64,000 nucleotides of DNA. Origin: an uncultured Chthonomonadaceae bacterium (GTDB lineage: Bacteria; Armatimonadota; Chthonomonadetes; Chthonomonadales; Chthonomonadaceae). The position numbers and the translations under genes were made by a program. Positions 20,150-33,100 of the stretch are shown here, one piece after another. The notes under the pieces were generated by a model. It made no database searches. It was not told the DNA's origin and saw nothing but the letters and a program-made list of their open reading frames with translations. The stretch is from positions 256,001 through 320,000 of the forward strand of contig CAWIEK010000044.1 in assembly GCA_963835065.1 (NCBI GenBank), given 5' to 3'. Numbering within the stretch: position 1 is the stretch's first letter; each line of letters begins with the position of its first letter.

Positions 20150-20506
20150 ATGAACCGCGAACAGATAGGCAAGATTATTGAACTGTTAGAAAGCGCCCGT
20201 AAGCGTCCGGCGATGTACATAGGCGTCGTAAGCGTGGAAGTAGCCGACGCCTGGATGAATGGCTTTCATGCCTGGCTGTGGGCGTTTCATGGCGAATTGC
20301 CGGGATGTAGAGATTTAATTTTAATCCGATACGATGTGCAGACGGAGCGTGGCTGGGATGTGAACAACTCGATTCGAGGGGTTTCGCATCAGATGCAGGA
20401 GCGTGGAGCGGATGATAAAGCAATCGTAGACGAACTGTTCGCCATTGAGGTTGAAACTTGGCAGCGGCTTGCGCACAAAGTGGACGCGGGGGAAGTACAG
20501 TTGTGA
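20150..20506 (+). CDS. Hypothetical protein (KRPAMY family), paralog of 22048-22398
   Basis: AGGAG RBS; MNREQIGKIIELLESARKRPAMYIG aligns end to end with the 22048 ORF. Confidence 0.8.
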   Translation: MNREQIGKIIELLESARKRPAMYIGVVSVEVADAWMNGFHAWLWAFHGELPGCRDLILIRYDVQTERGWDVNNSIRGVSHQMQERGADDKAIVDELFAIEVETWQRLAHKVDAGEVQL

Positions 20507-20595
20507 CCTACCGGCAAGAAAATATGGTATTCCAAAATTCCGTTGCTATTATGTCTGCCTGCTACACCACTACGGACACGCTGTTTTACGCCTGA
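20503..20595 (+). pseudogene. Internally deleted copy (30 aa) of gene 22395-22952
   Basis: MTYRQENM|VFQNSVAIMSACYTTTDTLFYA* matches the start (MTYRLEDM) and end (VFQKYVSIMFACYATTDPLFYA*) of 22395-22952, with the same 4-nt overlap on the upstream stop. Confidence 0.8.
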
Positions 20596-20616
20596 GATTT
20601 TCCGGGAGGCATTCTG

Positions 20617-21147
20617 ATGAACGAGCAAATTGTACACATACAATGGGAAGGTCCATTTTCGTTGACGCAAATTGTTGCTTTCGACGGCAACGCGGATTAC
20701 GGCATTTATCAAATTCACGGCTGTTCTGCAACGTCCGGCATGAAGACACTGTTGTACATCGGCAAAGCGCAACGGCAAACTTTCAGCGTTCGGCTGATGC
20801 AGAGGAATTGGCCTGATTACCAGATGGCACATGGTTCGGTTGAGTTCTATTTGGGCCGCCTATCCGGGGAAACAACGCCCGACAGCGAGACATGGAACCA
20901 ACAAATTCATATTGTGGAACGCCTGCTTATCACGGCGCACAAACCCGGATACAACATGAAAGACATTGCCGCTTTCGACGTTGCCGAGTTTCACCCCCTT
21001 CACATTCTCAACTGGGGCAATCGGGGCGGCTTGCTGCCGGAAGTATCCGGCGCGCGGTGGAGTTCGCGCTTTGCCGTCATTCCCGATTATGCCCCATTCG
21101 GCAGCCACAACGCCACGAGTGAGGAAGATACTAAGGATGAAGGCTGA
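20617..21147 (+). CDS. GIY-YIG nuclease family protein
   Basis: YGIYQI...LLYIGKA, then conserved Arg (VRL), Glu (VERLLI) and Asn (PGYN). Confidence 0.7.
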   Translation: MNEQIVHIQWEGPFSLTQIVAFDGNADYGIYQIHGCSATSGMKTLLYIGKAQRQTFSVRLMQRNWPDYQMAHGSVEFYLGRLSGETTPDSETWNQQIHIVERLLITAHKPGYNMKDIAAFDVAEFHPLHILNWGNRGGLLPEVSGARWSSRFAVIPDYAPFGSHNATSEEDTKDEG

Positions 21148-22051
21148 AAATGTCCCTGTAGATAGTAATGCGCGTGTCCATTGTTACGAACATCCACATG
21201 GACGGCTTTGTTGTGGCGATAGTGTTGCGTGGCTGGCTTCGCTAGACGCGGGTATTGCCGATCTGGTATTTGCCGACCCGCCGTACAATGTGAACAAAGC
21301 GGAATGGGATGATTTCGAGAGTCAGGAAGCGTATATCGCGTGGTCTGTGACGTGGATTGAGCAGGCGGCACGGGTGTTGAAGCCGACAGGCTCGCTGTAC
21401 ATTTGCGGGTATTCGGAGATTCTCGCGGATTTGAAACATCCGGCGTCTCGTTTTTTCAAGTCGTGCCGATGGATTGTCTGGCATTACAAAAACAAGGCAA
21501 ATTTGGGGCAGGATTGGGGGCGTTCGCACGAAAGCATTCTGCATCTGCGCAAGGCCGCGCAGGTTCGGCTGAACGTTGACGATATTCGCATTCCTTACGG
21601 CGCGCATACACTCAAATATCCGTCGCATCCGCAGGCGGCAGCCAGTCAGTACGGCAATGGCGCGGGGCGCGACAACTGGACGCCGCATCCAATGGGCGCA
21701 AAGCCCAAAGATGTACTTGATATTCCGACAACCTGCAACGGCATGGGCGAAAAAACGCCGCATCCCACGCAAAAGCCGGAAGAACTGGTACGTAAATTCG
21801 TCCTCGCCTCCTCACAATCCGGCGATCTCATCATTGACCCTTTTTCCGGTTCCGGCACAACACTGGTTGTTGCGGAACAATTGGGGCGGCGCTGGCTTGG
21901 CTGCGATCTCAATGCGCAGTACAATGCGTGGGCCATACAGCGCATCGAAAATGTACGGCAAATGACGGTTGCCGAATGGATCGAGTATGACCGCAAAACC
22001 GCCGAACGACGAGAGGGTATTCGCACACAGTTACAGGAGGCCGCAGCATGA
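21137..22051 (+). CDS. DNA amino-methyltransferase (N6/N4), beta class
   Basis: Motif IV DPPYN precedes HPTQKP and motif I DPFSGSGTT. Confidence 0.92.
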   Translation: MKAENVPVDSNARVHCYEHPHGRLCCGDSVAWLASLDAGIADLVFADPPYNVNKAEWDDFESQEAYIAWSVTWIEQAARVLKPTGSLYICGYSEILADLKHPASRFFKSCRWIVWHYKNKANLGQDWGRSHESILHLRKAAQVRLNVDDIRIPYGAHTLKYPSHPQAAASQYGNGAGRDNWTPHPMGAKPKDVLDIPTTCNGMGEKTPHPTQKPEELVRKFVLASSQSGDLIIDPFSGSGTTLVVAEQLGRRWLGCDLNAQYNAWAIQRIENVRQMTVAEWIEYDRKTAERREGIRTQLQEAAA

Positions 22052-22398
22052 ACCGCGAAAACATAGATAAAATCATCGAACTTCTGGAAAGCGTTTCCAA
22101 GCGACCGGCGATGTTCATGGGGGCTGTCAATGGCGAACTGGCGCGAACTTGGATCTACGCCTTTTATGATGGCCTTCAGATTATGGACACGGGCGACCCT
22201 TTCAGGTTCGGTCACGAGTTTCGTAACCGAATCAAAAAAGAACATGGCTGGAATACAGAAGGCGCTTACGATGTTCTGTGGCAGATGAAGCAAAAAGGCG
22301 CAGATGAGAAAACCATTGTGGAAGAGCTGTTTGCCATGGAAATTGAGGTTTGCAGGTATCTGGCACAGCAACTGGACGCGCAGGAAATAAGCCAATGA
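22048..22398 (+). CDS. Hypothetical protein (KRPAMF family), paralog of 20150-20506
   Basis: ATGA overlap with the MTase stop; MNRENIDKIIELLESVSKRPAMFMG...IVEELFAMEIE. Confidence 0.8.
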   Translation: MNRENIDKIIELLESVSKRPAMFMGAVNGELARTWIYAFYDGLQIMDTGDPFRFGHEFRNRIKKEHGWNTEGAYDVLWQMKQKGADEKTIVEELFAMEIEVCRYLAQQLDAQEISQ

Positions 22399-22952
22399 CC
22401 TACCGGCTGGAGGATATGCTCAACGATTGCACCGTAATCCGCGCGATGTTTGAGACATTCGACCTGTTTCGCGCTGATGATCCCATCCGCGTGGAAATGC
22501 AAGAGATTATCAACGACGCCCGCGCCAACATGCGCCGCCGTTGCGCCGAGCTGCGCGGCGATATTGCCAATCTGAGGGTGATTGACCGGCCATTGGACAT
22601 TCACAAGTTTGGGCAGGAGTTGCGAACGCTGCTGTTGATTGGCTATCCGCGCCGCCGCATGGATTCCTGCATGAAGCTCAACGTATTCCAATCCGTAGCA
22701 CAAGCGGAAGCAGGCGCAAACGAGCCTGACCCACTCTACCGCTATGACCTGTTACCGCCGCTCACCGTTTCTGCCGTAAATGCCATGAGCGCAGAACAAC
22801 TGGCAACTACGCTCTTCGATGACCTGCTGCAAAGCATCGAAACGGAGGAGCATTACGCCGACAAACACGCTTTTGACCGCAGCGTATTTCAAAAGTACGT
22901 TTCTATCATGTTTGCCTGCTACGCCACTACGGACCCGCTGTTTTACGCCTGA
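22395..22952 (+). CDS. Hypothetical protein (185 aa)
   Basis: ATGA translational coupling to the upstream gene; a deleted paralog at 20503 supports both termini. Confidence 0.7.
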   Translation: MTYRLEDMLNDCTVIRAMFETFDLFRADDPIRVEMQEIINDARANMRRRCAELRGDIANLRVIDRPLDIHKFGQELRTLLLIGYPRRRMDSCMKLNVFQSVAQAEAGANEPDPLYRYDLLPPLTVSAVNAMSAEQLATTLFDDLLQSIETEEHYADKHAFDRSVFQKYVSIMFACYATTDPLFYA

Positions 22953-22973
22953 GTTTTTCTCCGGCCCCGGTAC

Positions 22974-23888
22974 TCAGGGACGCGCCGATTTGTCCGCAAC
23001 AGTCTGGTTTTGAGATGCGGACGTGTCAACAAAGTTTACTGTCGCCTGGCTGTGGTTCTTCACGTAAAGCAGTTTCCCGGTGATGTCGGTTCCGTCGCTG
23101 AGTTTGCCGGACAGCGTGTACAGGCTGTACCCGCTCAGAGTGTTCGCGTCTTTTACCGTTTTGTTCAAGCCCGTGCCGTACAGATTGAGCGTACTGCTGT
23201 CATTAGCTTTCAGGCTGCCGGCAATATGGCCGCCGCGAAGGTTGACCACGCTGCGGTCACTGGCAGTCAGGCAGGGACCGTATTTGTTGAAGGCAGTCTG
23301 GCGGTTGTCAATCCGGCCACCCGTAACCGTGAGAGTGCTGTAGCCGGCAGCGTCCAGTTCCATCATTTCGCCGCCGCTAACCGTGACCGTGCTGTGGTCA
23401 TAAGCATACACCGCGCCGGAAACTTGATGGACGCCAATGCTGCCACCTTTGACCGTCACCGTACTGTGATCCGAGGCGGACAAAATTTCAAATGTGCCGC
23501 CGCTGACTGTGACCGAGCTGCTGTCGTAGGCATCCAGCCGGCCTGAGCCATAATCATAGAACTCTATACCGCCAACACTGTGCCCGCCGATGTTGCCGCC
23601 GCTGACTGTCACCCGGCTCTTGTTATAAACGTTCAGGAAGCCACTGATATTGCCGCCGTCCACAAGGGAGACAGTCGGGCTTGTGGGGCGCGTTTTGTTG
23701 TCGAAATCACTCTTATCGGCGTAGCCAATGATGGCGGTATTGCGCACCGCGAACTTGATGGCGGCGTTGTTGGGAAGAAAAATCATCTGGCTTGCAGAGG
23801 CAACTTCCTGCGCCCTGGCTGCGTGTGCCGGTCCGAACAGGCAAAGCGCGGCAGGTAAAACTGCCTTTCGATAAGCAAAGCGGGGCAT
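22974..23888 (-). CDS. Secreted beta-helix-like protein with repeated S(T/S)VTVSGG units
   Basis: Signal ending AARAQ; repeated xxSTVTVxGG units; YTLSGKLSDGT; no C-terminal sorting signal. Confidence 0.72.
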   Translation of the reverse strand: MPRFAYRKAVLPAALCLFGPAHAARAQEVASASQMIFLPNNAAIKFAVRNTAIIGYADKSDFDNKTRPTSPTVSLVDGGNISGFLNVYNKSRVTVSGGNIGGHSVGGIEFYDYGSGRLDAYDSSSVTVSGGTFEILSASDHSTVTVKGGSIGVHQVSGAVYAYDHSTVTVSGGEMMELDAAGYSTLTVTGGRIDNRQTAFNKYGPCLTASDRSVVNLRGGHIAGSLKANDSSTLNLYGTGLNKTVKDANTLSGYSLYTLSGKLSDGTDITGKLLYVKNHSQATVNFVDTSASQNQTVADKSARP

Positions 23889-23955
23889 AAGCGCGTATCC
23901 TTTCAATCCAATGAGCAGGCCGGGTATTGAAAATACCCGTCTGAATGGCGTTCCG

Positions 23956-24015
23956 CGTAGGGACATAACATGTTATGTCCGGGGTGCAGAGGACATAACA
24001 TGTTATGTCCCTACG
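23956..24015. repeat. REP doublet (GTAG family)
   Basis: Two perfect 20-bp palindromes GGACATAACATGTTATGTCC (23961-23980, 23991-24010) bounded by CGTAG...CTACG. Confidence 0.85.
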
Positions 24016-24140
24016 GACGCGATTCATTTACATAAGGGCATTTACGTCCGTAGGACGTTCAGCCGTAGGCTACTCAGACGGTGGTTTTTAACCACTGGAG
24101 AAATAGTTGTGAAATCGAAAATCGAAAATCGAAAATCCAA

Positions 24141-25331
24141 TCAGGCTTTGAGCAGAATGGATTCCTTTTGGAAGGCGTGGGCGGCGAACAGCACGGCGCA
24201 CAGGGCGTACAGCAGGGACGCCACGCTTGCGCCAATCAGAAACGGCAGGTTAGTTACGCCTTCCAATGCCTGCTTCACGACCATCGCCGCGTTCGCAACC
24301 GGAACCAGCGTCCAATAGAGAGGCGTTTCCGCTTTCAGGAACATCGTGGTCATGGCAAGCACGGTCACAATCAGCAAAATCGGCGCGAGGTACGTTTGCG
24401 CTTCCTTCTGGTTACGCGCAAAGGTAGAAATGGTCAGCAGAATGCCCGCGCCCAATACGGCAAGCGGAATCTGTACCAGCAGCATGGCAAGCACGGCCAT
24501 CGGGTGCAGGGACAAGCCTTCCCGCGTCATCCAACTGAACATCGGCAGCTTCACGTAAAACGGCCACACGAACCCGGCCAGCGACAGCAGGCAGCTTACC
24601 AGCGACACGGACGCGACGGCCAGAAATTTGCCCAAGACGAGATCGCGGCGGGATGCAGGCGACACCAGCAATGTTTCCAGCGTGCCCCGCTCCTTTTCCC
24701 CGGCTACCGAGTCGTTGGCAAGGTACACGCCGCCCATCAGGGTGGAAACGGCCAATACATACGGCAGAAACGTCGCCAGCAGCAGGGTGCTTGCGCTCGA
24801 TCCGCCACTAATCCCTTCCTGCGCCGTAGCGAAAGGCGTCGCAAGTTGCTGCGACAGTCCGTTTTCCATCAGGCGCGACGCGACCAGACGCTTGCCTCGC
24901 TCCTCAAACAGACCTGTCAGCCGCCCCGCGCCCTCCTGCGATGCCTGTGAACCCTTGTCCAGCAGAATCGTCACGCCAACAGGGCGCTGTTCTTTAATCT
25001 GCTGTTCCACGTCGTCGGGCAGCACGGCAGCCGCGCGCACTTTACGGGCGCGGATTTGCGCTTCCGCGTCCGGCCGGTCTGTTTCCACAACGGTCAGGTT
25101 GGGAGCGCCTTTCAGCAGGCCGCGCACGGTCGGCGCTTTGTCAAGATTGACAACGGCAACCGTAATGGTTTCCTTTTGCGCGTCCGTCATCTGCTTACGC
25201 GCCATCGTGCCGACCAGCGCCAGTATCAGCGGCGTAATCAGCAGGGGCGAAATAATCAGCGCGAACCGGGTACGCGCTTCCCGAAACACTTCCCGAAACT
25301 CTTTGCGAAATACTACCTGCCAGGGCTGCAT
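24141..25331 (-). CDS. natB: ABC-2 permease, NatB-like (Na+ efflux)
   Basis: VFRKEFRE, AGEKERGTLETLLVSP.SR..LVLGK, FARNQKEAQ. Confidence 0.85.
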   Translation of the reverse strand: MQPWQVVFRKEFREVFREARTRFALIISPLLITPLILALVGTMARKQMTDAQKETITVAVVNLDKAPTVRGLLKGAPNLTVVETDRPDAEAQIRARKVRAAAVLPDDVEQQIKEQRPVGVTILLDKGSQASQEGAGRLTGLFEERGKRLVASRLMENGLSQQLATPFATAQEGISGGSSASTLLLATFLPYVLAVSTLMGGVYLANDSVAGEKERGTLETLLVSPASRRDLVLGKFLAVASVSLVSCLLSLAGFVWPFYVKLPMFSWMTREGLSLHPMAVLAMLLVQIPLAVLGAGILLTISTFARNQKEAQTYLAPILLIVTVLAMTTMFLKAETPLYWTLVPVANAAMVVKQALEGVTNLPFLIGASVASLLYALCAVLFAAHAFQKESILLKA

Positions 25332-25418
25332 ATTATTCTCCGTAGGGTTCTATGGTTTGAGGGTGTTAGGTGTTGGGCGTTAGGCTGGACTCCCGTACCA
25401 ACATCTAATGCCTGATGC

Positions 25419-26225
25419 CTAATGCCTGACGAATGACGTTTGTTCTTCTCGCGCTGTTGGTTCCTGTGACGCCGCTTCTTCGTCTTCGCCGATAAGACGC
25501 AAAAAGACGGTTTCAAAGGGGGTTGCGAGGTCGGCTCCGACTTGCTGCTGCAACTGTGCCCGCGTTCCTTCGGCGCAGATACGGCCCCGGTACACAACCG
25601 CGATACGGTCGCATAAGGCTTCCACTTCACTCATGATGTGCGTGGAAAATACAACGGTTTTGCCCTCGGCGCGGCAGCGGCGAATGAAGCGAACCACCGT
25701 GCGGGCGGCCATCACGTCCAGGCCACTGGTCGGCTCATCGAAAAATAGGACGGGAGGCTCGTGCAGCACGGAGCGGGCGATGGAAACGCGCTGACGCTGC
25801 CCGGTAGAGAGTTTGTCGCACCTTCGATCCGCAAATTCGCCGATTTCCAGCGTGTCCATCAGGTCGGCAATGCGCCGGGCGCGCGTTTCGGCGGACAGTT
25901 GGTACAGGTCGGCAAAATAATTGAGCAGTTCACGGGCGGTCAGCCGCTCGTACAATCCGGCGGAACCCGTCAGGTAGCCGATGTTGGCGCGCACCTGCGC
26001 GGCCTGCCGCGCAATGTCATAGCCCATGATACGCGCCGTGCCGGTTGTCGGCGTTAAAATCGTCGCCAGCATCCGTATCAGCGTGGTCTTGCCCGCCCCG
26101 TTCGGCCCCAGCAATCCGAATATCTCGCCCGGACGCGCCGTAAACGATACGTCCTCGACCGCCTTTACCTGCGTTTTGGTTTTGGCGTCCACAAACACTT
26201 TCCCAAGCGATTCCGCTTCAATCAT
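25419..26225 (-). CDS. natA: ABC transporter ATP-binding protein, NatA-like
   Basis: GPNGAGKTT, LSTGQRQR, FDEPTSGLD, STHIMSE; upstream of the NatB-like permease. Confidence 0.85.
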   Translation of the reverse strand: MIEAESLGKVFVDAKTKTQVKAVEDVSFTARPGEIFGLLGPNGAGKTTLIRMLATILTPTTGTARIMGYDIARQAAQVRANIGYLTGSAGLYERLTARELLNYFADLYQLSAETRARRIADLMDTLEIGEFADRRCDKLSTGQRQRVSIARSVLHEPPVLFFDEPTSGLDVMAARTVVRFIRRCRAEGKTVVFSTHIMSEVEALCDRIAVVYRGRICAEGTRAQLQQQVGADLATPFETVFLRLIGEDEEAASQEPTAREEQTSFVRH

Positions 26226-26569
26226 ATCCGCGCTTATCCTTTGCCGCTTTGTTTCCAAAGACGGGAATGTCGCTCTGTCTTGTCATTATCAGCCTGTAGC
26301 TTACAATATCAACAGGAAAAGAGTCAATCAGGTTTCACGAATTGAGGCAGAGACTGAAAATCCCGGCGTTCCGGCGAATGTTTTCAACCCCCGGCGCAAG
26401 GAAATGTCATTAATTTGAAACGCGCCTGAAATTTGTTGCAGGAAGGCGCGTTACATTTGCCGAAATCGCGGATTGCAGCACGAACGTCAAATATATTTGT
26501 AAATAGAACTTCGGTAAGAACGCGGCGTTGTTGAAAACATGCGGGACGCAGGAAGGAGAGTACGCGGCG

Positions 26570-30451
<3,882 letters not shown>

Positions 30452-30502
30452 CTTTCACGAAAGGAGCGGAGTGAGGCCGGAACTCGGAACGCAAAAAAGT
30501 AT

Positions 30503-30571
30503 GAATTCTTTCGGAAGGATTACGAATTCTTTCGACTTGTAAGGAGTTTGTAAGGACTTGGTTGGTAAGAT
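30503..30571 (+). promoter_or_regulatory. Putative SARP-dependent promoter with 11-bp-period direct repeats
   Basis: TTGTAAGGA (30537-45) GT TTGTAAGGA (30548-56), 9 nt, then -10-like TAAGAT (30566-71); upstream GAATTCTTTCG occurs twice (30503, 30524). Confidence 0.65.
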
Positions 30572-30727
30572 ACTATTCGAGGGCGCAATTATGCGCTCTG
30601 CGACAACTATAACTTGCTGTACTCAGCCAATGCTAGGGCTGTATGGCAGTGGAACTGTGTCCACAATGGCATTGCCATGCAAATTTGAGGAGGTTTGCAG
30701 GCAGGAAACATTGTGAGAGGAACAATC

Positions 30728-31435
30728 ATGCTGGCGCAACGAAACCGTGCTGCCGTTGTTTTCCTGTTTACAGCTGTTTTTGCTCTGGCCGGTCTGGGTG
30801 TGTGGAGTCAGAGCAAAAACAGTTCCCCCCCGCCGGGTCCCATACCGAAACTACCCCCATCGGATTGCTCGACGGGCGGGATCTGTATTAAAGGCGAACT
30901 CCTGCCTTCCAGCACCCTGCCGGAATGGGACACTCTCGCGGCGCATGTCCGGCCGGGCGCCCCTTATACGGTGACAGTGCTGCGGGGACCGAACGTGGCC
31001 GTGCAGGGGAGAGGACCTGCCAACGCGACGAAAATGGTCACTGTCGCCATTTATGAGCTGAATGTCGGGGCCGCCGCCAAAGCCGCCATGCGCAGGCTGC
31101 CGAGAACAGGAACCGCTCAGGCAATGTTCTTGTCAAGTCCGCAGTCGGAATCGAAAGACCGGGCGCAGCCCATTAAGTTCCAGCGGGATGACAAACTGCA
31201 GCAGATGCCGCCGACTTTGGAAGCCGCCAATACCGCGCGGCTGTCAGCGCGGCAGTTGGGGATGAGCGATCATCGTCAACAAATCGCGTTCGAGTTGGGT
31301 GACAGGCCGCAGGAAGTCACGCTGACCTTTGCCCCGGCGACCGTCGGCGCTCATTTCTACGTCGCGGTGGTGTCCGGTAAGAATAACATTGGCAGGAATG
31401 TGCAGACGACCGGCATGTTCATTGTCGAGAAGTAG
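30728..31435 (+). CDS. Hypothetical exported/membrane-anchored protein
   Basis: GAGG RBS; hydrophobic N-terminus, Pro-rich linker; followed by a terminator. Confidence 0.7.
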   Translation: MLAQRNRAAVVFLFTAVFALAGLGVWSQSKNSSPPPGPIPKLPPSDCSTGGICIKGELLPSSTLPEWDTLAAHVRPGAPYTVTVLRGPNVAVQGRGPANATKMVTVAIYELNVGAAAKAAMRRLPRTGTAQAMFLSSPQSESKDRAQPIKFQRDDKLQQMPPTLEAANTARLSARQLGMSDHRQQIAFELGDRPQEVTLTFAPATVGAHFYVAVVSGKNNIGRNVQTTGMFIVEK

Positions 31436-31462
31436 ATTTGTCCTGTGTCTCTGCCTGAAGCA

Positions 31463-31497
31463 GAAACGAGGAGCGGAAATTCCGCTCCTCGTTTTTT
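31463..31497 (+). terminator. Rho-independent terminator
   Basis: GAAACGAGGAGCGGAA-ATTCCGCTCCTCGTTTTTT hairpin with U tract. Confidence 0.8.
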
Positions 31498-31535
31498 CTT
31501 TGGCTATTTTTTGCCATTTTTTCAAAATGGAGGGC

Positions 31536-31570
31536 TTGTTAGGAGATTGTTAAGAGTGGTTTTGTAGACT
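31536..31570 (+). promoter_or_regulatory. Second putative SARP-dependent promoter
   Basis: TTGTTAGGA GA TTGTTAAGA, 9 nt, TAGACT: same spacing as the 30537-30571 site. Confidence 0.65.
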
Positions 31571-31646
31571 GGAGACATGCGCGCTGATCCTTCGGCGCAC
31601 AGACGGACACAAGCAACTCGGCACAGAAAAGGTAAGAGGAAACCCA

Positions 31647-32939
31647 ATGATTACGAATCGACGACGCGCGTTGCAGATGGCTGCAGCCGGCCTGCTGGCC
31701 GGTATGGGCGTAACCACCCGCGGCTTCGCCCAGAACATTCCCGGCCCAAACGTGAGTTACACACAGCGCGAACGACTCGCCGCGCCTGCCATAAGAGCCA
31801 GGCTGCAAGCCCTCCGCGCGTACCTGAAAGCGCAGAACCTGAACTTCGGCGTGGGCTACACCACAGCCCTGGATCGTCCGCTGTCGCTGTTGGCGGCTGC
31901 GCGCGCTCCCAAAGACATTGCGGCGCAGGCCACCCGGCAGGCGCAGATCAGCAGCCAACTGCTCGCCCTGGACAAGCAGGCGCTGCTGGAGTTCAGCAAA
32001 ATCCATCCTGAAATCGTTTTGCCGGAACTCAAGCTCAACGCCAATCCCACCGCCTCCTTTTTCGACTGGCGCATTGACCATGACGTAACGCCGGTGCGCG
32101 ATCAGCACTGCGGCGATTGCTGGGCCTTCGGCGCAATCGGCGCGTATGAAGGCAATTACCTGGTTCGCCACCCATACGTCAGCGCCGCAAGCCTGGACAC
32201 TTCGGAGCAGTACATGGTGAACTGCGCCACCTATGACAACGGCCAGAAGGCGGGCAGTTGCGGCGGGGGCTGGCACGTGGGCGTATTCGAGTACCTGGTC
32301 AGTCATGGCACCACGACCGAAGCGCTGTGCCCCGAAACCGGGCATGACGAGCCGTGCAATCCGAGCATCAAGCCCACGTATCGCGCCGTGGCATGGGGAT
32401 ATGTCACCCCGGACGTCCAATCCGGTTTTGAAGACCTGCGCCTTCCCACACCCTACGAGATGAAGAAAGCCCTTTGCGAACACGGCCCCATAACCGTTGC
32501 CGTGCTGGTTACGGAAGCGTTCGAGGCTTACACGGGCGAAGGCGGGACTCCGGTCTTTAAGGAAAGCCTGCCGGATAAAACGTTGTATTCGACAGACACC
32601 GGCACGGGCAAGAAGTACCACAACATCAACCACGATGTCACGCTGATCGGATGGGATGACAGCAAGGGCGCGTGGCTGATCAAGAACTCGTGGGGAACCG
32701 GGTGGGGCAATACCTGCGGCGTGGGCAAGGACAAGGGGTATATGTGGATCGCTTACGGCAGCAACAACATCGGTTATGGCGCGGCCTGGATCCGCTCCAC
32801 GCCCGCGTTCTATTTCCTGCCGCCCAAATATTATCAGCTCATGCCGCGCGTACTGCCGTTCCCGCCCCCGGAAAAGCTGGACCCGGAAAAGATTCGCCAG
32901 ATCAATAACCGCGTCATCAGCAGCGCCGCGCAGCCGTAA
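31647..32939 (+). CDS. Papain-family (C1A) cysteine peptidase with Tat-like signal
   Basis: TNRRRALQ signal; FDWR, RDQHCGDCWAF (Gln/Cys), NHDVTLIGW (His), KNSWG (Asn). Confidence 0.92.
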   Translation: MITNRRRALQMAAAGLLAGMGVTTRGFAQNIPGPNVSYTQRERLAAPAIRARLQALRAYLKAQNLNFGVGYTTALDRPLSLLAAARAPKDIAAQATRQAQISSQLLALDKQALLEFSKIHPEIVLPELKLNANPTASFFDWRIDHDVTPVRDQHCGDCWAFGAIGAYEGNYLVRHPYVSAASLDTSEQYMVNCATYDNGQKAGSCGGGWHVGVFEYLVSHGTTTEALCPETGHDEPCNPSIKPTYRAVAWGYVTPDVQSGFEDLRLPTPYEMKKALCEHGPITVAVLVTEAFEAYTGEGGTPVFKESLPDKTLYSTDTGTGKKYHNINHDVTLIGWDDSKGAWLIKNSWGTGWGNTCGVGKDKGYMWIAYGSNNIGYGAAWIRSTPAFYFLPPKYYQLMPRVLPFPPPEKLDPEKIRQINNRVISSAAQP

Positions 32940-33100
32940 GGAAGCGCCAATGTCCCTGTCGCGGCTGGCGTCCCGGCGACACCGCCCCGACAGGGTAACG
33001 CGACAAAAGCCGGGCGCGGAAGCGTGGCTGCTTCCGCCCTGGTTCTGTAATCGCCTACATTCCACTCATAGGCGTCAACACTGAGAAAGGATTCAAGACA

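Noticed and set aside
20150..20230. KRPAMYIG as a GyrB/ParE fragment
   Set aside because: Only the short motif resembles GyrB RKRPGMYIG; no GHKL ATPase motifs follow.
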